A DNA stretch of 64,000 bases, taken from NCBI GenBank assembly GCA_964016885.1, contig OZ024751.1:17422001-17486000 (forward strand). Direction: 5' to 3'. The notes beneath the pieces are model-generated. The model saw nothing but the letters and a program-made list of their open reading frames with translations. It ran no database searches and was not told the origin of the DNA. Every line of letters begins with the position of its first letter. Position 1 is the stretch's first letter. The translations under genes and the position numbers were made by a program. Below, piece after piece: positions 56,201 to 64,000 of the stretch. This DNA is from Eledone cirrhosa (lineage: Eukaryota).

Positions 56201-58352
56201 AGATGAACGAGAGAGAAAGATGAACCAGAGAGAAAGATGAACGATAGAGAAAGATGAACCACAGAGAAAGATGAACCACAGAGAAAGATGAACGAGAGAG
56301 AAAGATGAACGAGAGAGAAAGATGAACCAGAGAGAAAGATAAACGAGAGAGAAAGATGAATGAGACGGAAAGATGAACCAGAGAGAAAGATAAACGAGAG
56401 AGAAAGATGAACGAGAGAGAAAGATGAACGAGAGAGAATGATGCATGAGAGAGAGAGATGAACGAGAGAGAAAGATGAAAGAGAGAGAAATATGAACGAG
56501 GGAGAAAGTTGAATGAGAGAGAAAGAGGAACGAGAGAGAATGATGAATGAGAGAGAAAGATGAACGAGAGAGAATGATGAACGAGGGAGAAAGATGAACG
56601 AGGGAGAAAGATGAACGAGAGAGAAAGATGAATGAGGGAGAAAGATGAACGAGAGAGAATGATGAACGAGAGAGATATATGAACGAGAGAGAAAGATGAA
56701 CGAGAGAGAATGATGAACGAGAGAGAAAGATGAACGAGAGAGATATATGAACGAGAGAGAAAGATGAACGAGAGAGATATATGAACGAGAGAGAAAGATG
56801 AACGAGAGAGACATATGAACGAGGGAGAAAGATGAACGAGAGAGATATATGAACGAGGAAGAAAGATCAACGAGAGAGACATATGAACGAGAGAGAAAGA
56901 TGAACGAGAGAGAAAGATGAACGAGAGAGAAAGATGAACGAGAGAGAAAGATTAACGAGAGAGAAAGATGAATGAGAGAGAAAGATGAACCAGGGAGAAA
57001 GATGAACGAGAGAGAAAGATGAACGAGAGAGAATGATGAATGAGAGAGAAAGATGAACGAGAGAGAAAGATGAAAGAGAGAGAAATATGAACGAGGGTGA
57101 AAGTTGAATGAGAGAGAAAGAGGAACGAGAGAGAATGATGAATGAGAGAGAAAGATGAACGAGAGAGAATGATGAATGAGAGAGAAAGATGAACGAGAGA
57201 GAAAGATGAAAGAGAGAGAAATATGAACGAGGGTGAAAGTTGAATGAGAGAGAAAGAGGAACGAGAGAGAATGATGAATGAGGGAGAAAGATGAACGAGA
57301 GGGAAAGATGAATGAGAGAGAAAGATGAACGAGAGAGAATGATGAACGAGAGAGATATATGAACGAGAGAGAAAGATGAACGAGAGAGATATATGAACGA
57401 GAGAGAAAGATGAACGAGAGAGATATATGAACGAGAGAGAAAGATGAACGAGAGAGACATATGAACGAGGGAGAAAGATAAACGAGAGAGATATATGAAC
57501 GAGGGAGAAAGATCAACGAGAGAGAAAGATGAACGAGAGAGAAAGATGAACGAGAGAGAAGGATGAACGAGAGAGAAAGATGAACGAGAGAGAAAGATGA
57601 ACGAGAGAGAAAGATGAACCAGAGAGAAAGATGAATGAAAGAGAAAGATGAATGAGAGAGAAAGATGAACGAGAGAGAAAGATGAATGAGAGAGAAAGAT
57701 GAACGAGATAGAAAGATGAACGAGAGAGAAAGATGAACGAGAGAGAAAGATGAACGAGAGAGATATATGAATGAGAGAGAAAGATCAACGAGAGAGAAAG
57801 ATGAACGAGAGAGAAAGATGAACGAGAGAGAAAGATGAACGAGAGAGAAAGATGAATGCGAGAGAAAGATGAACGAGAGAGAAAGTTGAACGAGAGAGAA
57901 AGATGAACGAGGGAGAAAGATGAACGAGAGAGAAAGATGAACGAGAGAGAAAGATGAACGAGGGAGACAGATGAACGAGAGAGAAAGATGAACAAGAGAG
58001 AAAGATGAACCAGAGAGAAAGATGAACGAGGGAGAAAGATGAACGGGAGAGAAAGATGAACCAGAGAGAAAGATGAACGAGAGAGAAAGATGAACGAGAG
58101 AGAAAGATGAACCAGAGAGAAAGATGAACGATAGAGAAAGATGAACCAGAGAGAAAGATGAACGATAGAGAAAGATGAACCAGAGAGAAAGATGAACCAG
58201 AGAGAAAGATGAACGATAGAGAATGATGAACCAGAGAGAAAGATGAACGATAGAGAAAGATGAACCAGAGAGAAAGATGAATCAGAGAGAAAGATGAACG
58301 ATAGAGATAGATGAACCAGAGAGAAAGATGAACAAGAGAGAAAGATGAACGA
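53290..58352 (+). repeat. 17-bp purine-rich satellite (GAACGAGAGAGAAAGAT)n with 1887-bp higher-order repeat
   Basis: The monomer is visible throughout. Matching ORF-track ends are offset by 1887 bp = 111 x 17 (54995/56882, 55573/57460, 54559/56446, 55626/57513). Confidence 0.95.
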
Positions 58353-59634
58353 TGTATGTATATGTGCCTTTGAGAAAAGCTTCTAAATTGATAAAGAATT
58401 GAATATATATTCAATTCTTTATCAATTTAGAATCTTTTCTCAAAGGCACATATACATACACCTCTTTAAAATATACCCATCTTCCTACCTTACGTTAAAG
58501 GGCATTATACACTCTATAATACTTGTTTACTCATTACCCTCTTTCTATCTTCACCTTGTAAAATCCTTCATAACATATACATTTGTTTTTTTGACGTTAG
58601 AATATTCATCCGCAATCATTATTATTTTTTCTCTCTATCATAAAACTTTTTAATCTCAATTTCATCCTTAATTTATTATTTTTTTCTCCCCATCAACGAA
58701 CTCATTCTTAATACATATTGACTCTTTATTCGCATATATTATCAATTCCTTCAATATACAAACTTTAACTTCACATTATTTTTCTCAAATCCTTCTACAC
58801 ACAAACCTTAATATTTTTCTCTTCGTTAATTTTGAAATTGCCACAATACTTATCAACATACACTTTTTTTGACGTTAGAATATTCATCCACAATTATTAT
58901 TTTTTCTCTCTATCTTCATACATAAATTCCCTTCGTTAATTTTCAAATTCCTTTAATTTATACATTATCTTCCAACGGTTCTCAACCTCTCTATGTAAAA
59001 CAATATAACTTTTTCTCAGTTATAAAAACTATCTCTTTCTCTCTATCACCCATCTCTCCCTCTCCACCTTCACTCTCATCTCCTCCCCCTTTTTTCATCC
59101 TTTCCACCCCCCCCCCTCCCTAAATAAAATATTTTTTCCTCGCACATATCCTCCCTTCGTTAATTTTCAAATTATTTTAGTTTATACATTATCTTCCAAC
59201 GGTTTTCAATCTCTCTATGTAAAACAATATATCTCCTCTCAGTTATAAAAACTATCTCTTTCTCTCTATCACCTATCTCTCCCTCTCATCTCCTCCCCTT
59301 TTTCATCCTTTCCACCCCCCCCCCTCTCTAAATAAAATATTTTTCCCAATATCACACATCAATCTAAAACCACTTTTCATATGTTGATTTAAAACTGCAC
59401 TATCCACAAGTGTTTTTTAGCCTTCATATCATGTTCTCCGGTTTTATCTGATGAAAACACAAATATTATTGCATGATGATGTTTGTTTTTGAAATGCGCA
59501 TAATAAAATACATGGAACTCCTTTAACCATCGTTTGATCTTATATTATGCATACTCCAGTCCTACAAACTGTAGAGTGCTTCTTATCCGATATCTGCATT
59601 GCTTTATTGTACTACAATAAAACTCACCTCCTAC

Positions 59635-59637
<3 letters not shown>
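58353..59637 (+). mobile_element. Longest family A element: 5' hairpin, non-coding body, hammerhead (59442-59508), (TA)n
   Basis: 108-bp near-perfect palindrome 58353-58460. T-rich body with an internal duplication (about 58929-59138 / 59153-59345). 59351-59637 matches 1817-2102. Confidence 0.7.
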
Positions 59638-59682
<45 letters not shown>

Positions 59683-59688
<6 letters not shown>

Positions 59689-60614
59689 CAAATAACGAAA
59701 CGAAATTAAATTTCGTTTCGTTTGTAACTCACGTTTGTATGACTGACGCTTAAACAATTAAGTTAAAAATGTACATCCACATATGTATACTGAAATACTA
59801 GTATGCATATGAATACACACACGTGTACATATGTAGATGTACCGAGTTTTTCACTGGTCACTTTACTGTGAGTGTCCAGCTATTATGTATGTAAATACAC
59901 AGACAAATCGGTTTTTAGAGTCATACTGGTTTTTGAGGAAACACCTTTCCTCTATTCTCCAGAAAGCCAGACAAGGAATATTGGACTAGTTTCGATGTTG
60001 TTACATCTCATCAGCAATATTTACCTATCTTCCGGCCTTTCTAGAGAATCGTAAAAGCACATATCGTTATATGCTTTTTCTATGAAAATTAGTAGTGGGC
60101 AGAATAATTTGCATAGAGCGTGAGTACGTACCGGTTCAACGGAGACGATAAAAACAAATAACGAAACGAAATTAAATTTCGTTTCGTTTGTAACTCACTT
60201 TTGTATGACTGACGCTTAAACAATTAAGTTAAAAATGTACATCCACATATGTATACTGAAATACTAGTATGCATATGAATACACACACGTGTACATATGT
60301 AGATGTACCGAGTTTTTCACTGGTCACTTTACTGTGAGTGTCCAGCTATTCTGTATGTAAACACACAGACAAACCGGTTTTTAGAGTCATACTGGTTTTT
60401 GAGGAAACACCTTTCCTCTATTCTCCAGAAAGCCAGACAAGGAATATTGGTATGACTCTAAAAACCGGTTTGTCTGTGTGTTTACATACAGAATAGCTGG
60501 ACACTCACATTAAAACGACCAGTGAAAAACTCGGTACATCTACATATGTACACGTGTGTGTATTCATATGCATACTAGTATTTCAGTATACATATGTGGA
60601 TGTACATTTTTAAC

Positions 60615-60620
<6 letters not shown>
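59683..60620 (-). mobile_element. Family F retrozyme-like element: 466-nt unit, ~300-bp direct repeat, 5' inversion
   Basis: 59683-59983 is repeated at 60149-60449 (offset 466). 60450-60620 is an inverted copy. (TA)n on both sides. Confidence 0.9.
59977..60021 (-). ncRNA. Canonical minimal type I hammerhead ribozyme (family F)
   Basis: Minus strand: AATATTG-CTGATGA-GATG-taacaa-CATC-GAAA-CTAG-TC-CAATATT. Perfect 7-bp stem I, G10.1-C11.1 stem II, palindromic stem III ACTAGT, GUC triplet. Confidence 0.92.
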
Positions 60621-60667
<47 letters not shown>

Positions 60668-60671
<4 letters not shown>

Positions 60672-60800
60672 GATAAATCTACCAAGAGTTTACGGTAGTG
60701 TCCAATCCGTATGAAGAACTCAATGTATTCCGGATATCATGGAAAGAAGAGATGTAATGAAAAATCACTTTCGGTGAAAGATAAACGGTATACAGAGTCA
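60668..60800 (-). mobile_element. Family G 3' terminus (identical ~60-bp piece at 36319-36378)
   Basis: TGTAGATAAATCTACCAAGAGTTTACGGTAGTGTCCAATCCGTATGAAGAACTCAATGTA directly follows (TA)n at both loci. Confidence 0.7.
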
Positions 60801-61329
60801 AGATATTCTGCTATTGATAAAATACAATATCTGTTTTATTTATTATATACCTAATTAACATATACTATAGAAATAAATATATAATTTTTAATTTAGTTAA
60901 CCTATAATTTATATTCTACTACCGATGTAATACTTTATTTGTTTTTTCCCTATTACTAAATTCATTTCCTAATATTGATACCATAACGTTATTAACTTTA
61001 ATTTAGTTATACTATAATTAATACTCTACTACTATTTAACTTCAAAATTCTGCTTCAAATATTATAAACCTAACTAATTTACACCTTAGAAATCAATATG
61101 TTAACTATCTTTGGTTTAGTTAACATATAATTAATGGTATACTTGTTTATTTTGAGATGCATAGATTTTGCCTTAATTCTTGTTTATTGTATTTCCTAAC
61201 ACTGAAACTATGTAAAAACATACATTGGATCAAGATACGGAAAATATTCTATGTTTCTTGAAACATATATTTACTATGATCCCCTTCTCCAAACCCCCCC
61301 TTTCCCCCATACTATTATCATCTGTATTT

Positions 61330-61564
61330 GTAAGCGTGTATATATGAATATATATGTAGGTAGGTGTCTATATATGTTTGGGTATTTATATCTGAATATA
61401 AAAATACATATATGCGCATGCAAATATGAATGTAAGATTGTGTGTATATATATGAGTGTGCGTATGTATGTATATATGTGTATATATGCATGTGTATATG
61501 TATGTGTATGTGAATGTGTGTATGTGTATGTGTGTATATATATATGTATATGTATATGTATGTA

Positions 61565-61615
<51 letters not shown>

Positions 61616-61826
61616 GTGTGTGTATGTATGTTGTATGTATGTGTGTTGTGTATATATATGTATGTCTCTCTATTTATATGTCTATCTTCGTATCTATGTG
61701 GATATATGTGTGTGTGTGCATGTATACACATATATGTGTTTATGTGTATATGTGTGTATGTGTGTATATATGTGTGTGTGCACACACATATATATGTGAG
61801 TGTGTATATGTGTCTGTGTATATGTA

Positions 61827-61868
<42 letters not shown>

Positions 61869-61926
61869 TGTCTATGTGTGAATATATGTCTATATTCGTA
61901 TGTGTGTATATATGTATGTATATGTT

Positions 61927-61959
<33 letters not shown>

Positions 61960-62215
61960 ATATATATATATATATATATATTATTTATTATTATAATATA
62001 ACTTATGTGTATGTGTGTATATGTGAGGGTGTGTATGTGTATATAATATGTGTATATATAAGTGTAAAAAAATATATATATATGTGCATGTCTGTTTTTT
62101 ATGTGTGTGTATATATATATATATACGTGTGTATATATATGTATATGTGGGTGTTTGTATGTGTATTTATGGTGGTATGTGTGTGTGGGTATGTATATAT
62201 ATATGTGAATGTATG

Positions 62216-62280
<65 letters not shown>

Positions 62281-62622
62281 CTCTATTAATGCGTGTATAT
62301 ATGTATATGCATATGCCTTTTTATTTTTTATTTGTATGTCTGAGTTGGGTGAGGTTGTAGTGGTGTTTCTATGTATATACGCATATATGGATGCGTATGT
62401 ATTTGTATATATGAGTATATGTAAGTGCATATGTATGTATGATTATATATCTAATTCTATGTATGAATATACATGTATATATATGTGTGTATGTAAGTTG
62501 TGTGTGTATGTATGTATATGTCTATGTGTCTATATATATATGTATGTATATCTATGTATGTGTATGTATGTACATGTATGTCTATGTATGTGTGTATGTA
62601 TGTGTGTGTGTATATATGTGTG

Positions 62623-62677
<55 letters not shown>

Positions 62678-63299
62678 GTATATATCTTTATTATTTATTT
62701 TTTTTTTTTTTTATATATGTGTGTGTGTGTATGCGTGTGTGTGTGTGTGTGTATATATATCTTTATATATGTGTATGTGTATGTTCGTGTAGGTGTATGT
62801 GTGTGTATGACTTTATATGTATGTGTGTATGTGTGTATGCGTATATATTTCTATGTGTGTGTACATGTATGTATGTGTGTGTATGTGTTATGTGTGTATG
62901 TGTATATGTATGTATATATATATATATATATGTATGTATATATATATATATATATATATGTGTGTATATATATATATATATATCTATATGTTTTTCTATT
63001 TGTATATGTATGTGTGTATAGGTATATACCTTTCTCTTTGTATGTCTAAGTTGTGTGATAGTGTAGTGGTGTTTGTATGTATATACCGATATATAGATGC
63101 GTAAGTATTTGTCTGTATGTATGTATGTAAGTCTGTATATATTTGTGTGTATATATAGCTATGTATGTGTATATCTGTATGTATATTAGTATGTAAGTGT
63201 TGTATATGTGCATGTATGTGTGTGGTTATATATATGTGTGTCTATATAGTATGTGTGATTATATATATATGTATGTGTACATGTATGTGTATATACATA

Positions 63300-63342
<43 letters not shown>

Positions 63343-63531
63343 GTGTATTTGTATGTATGTGTGTATATGTATGTATGTGTGTATATGTATATGTTTATAT
63401 ATGTGTGTGTATGTATGTTCTTAGTGTGGATGTGTGTATATGTATGTATGTGTTTGTATATGTGTGTATATATATATATGTATGTGTGTGTGTGTGTCTA
63501 TGTGTATATATATGTATATATATATGTGTAT

Positions 63532-63590
<59 letters not shown>
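61330..63590. repeat. Degenerate (TA)/(TG) low-complexity region
   Basis: Direct reading. All ORFs here are Y/I/M/C/V repeats. Confidence 0.9.
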
Positions 63591-63595
<5 letters not shown>

Positions 63596-64000
63596 TTTCT
63601 TGATATATTTCTTTTTTCTTTTTTCTTTCTATTCTTTCCTCTTTAATGTTTATTTATTATTTATTATTTTTTATTTTCTTAGTTTATAGATACATCTATA
63701 TTAGGCAGTCTGCTCAGACCGTTGAATACTGACCTCCCCCCCCCCCTCCCACCTAATTTCTGTATCTTGATCTAAATGTGTGTGCCAGTGTTTATGTGAG
63801 TGAATTAATATCCATGTGCTTATGATTTTATATCCACATATATAAATGTGAGTGGGGGTGTGTGTGTGTTTGTATGTTCGTGGTTATGTGTATATTTATG
63901 CATATACGCGCGTGTATGTGTGATTGTACGGATATGTGTGAGTATGAAAAAATATATTTATATACTTAATTTCATATCTGTGTGTCTATACGCATCTTAT

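Noticed and set aside
53185-57516. 1443-aa ORF and overlapping S/L/F-rich ORFs
   Set aside because: These are translations of the 17-bp satellite. The pyrimidine strand lacks stops in several frames and the 17-aa period equals three monomers.

Overview
AT-rich, microsatellite-saturated animal genomic DNA; the SINE content and (TA)n density suggest an Octopus-like cephalopod (inference). The only host gene I can support is one large coding exon (15376-16113, +) of a class A neuropeptide GPCR of the luqin/RYamide-receptor type (TM1-TM5 plus ICL3). The remaining ~48 kb looks like intron. Transposon content: ~20 copies of a tRNA-derived SINE, a deleted mariner, a decayed Chapaev3-like transposon, Helitron remnants, an RTE-like LINE 3' end, and a 5-kb 17-bp satellite with a 1887-bp higher-order repeat. 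Most ORFs in the track are microsatellite translations. The main discovery is that the short 'unique' islands between (TA)n tracts belong to at least 10 families of small non-coding elements. Many carry type I hammerhead ribozymes (CUGANGA...GAAA with pairable stems I-III), end in (TA)n, often have a 5' fold-back inversion, and share a GAGTGC-like subterminal motif. One copy (59683-60620) is a 466-nt-unit partial tandem whose duplicated part starts exactly at the predicted self-cleavage site. This is the signature expected of a Penelope-mobilised, retrozyme-like element.
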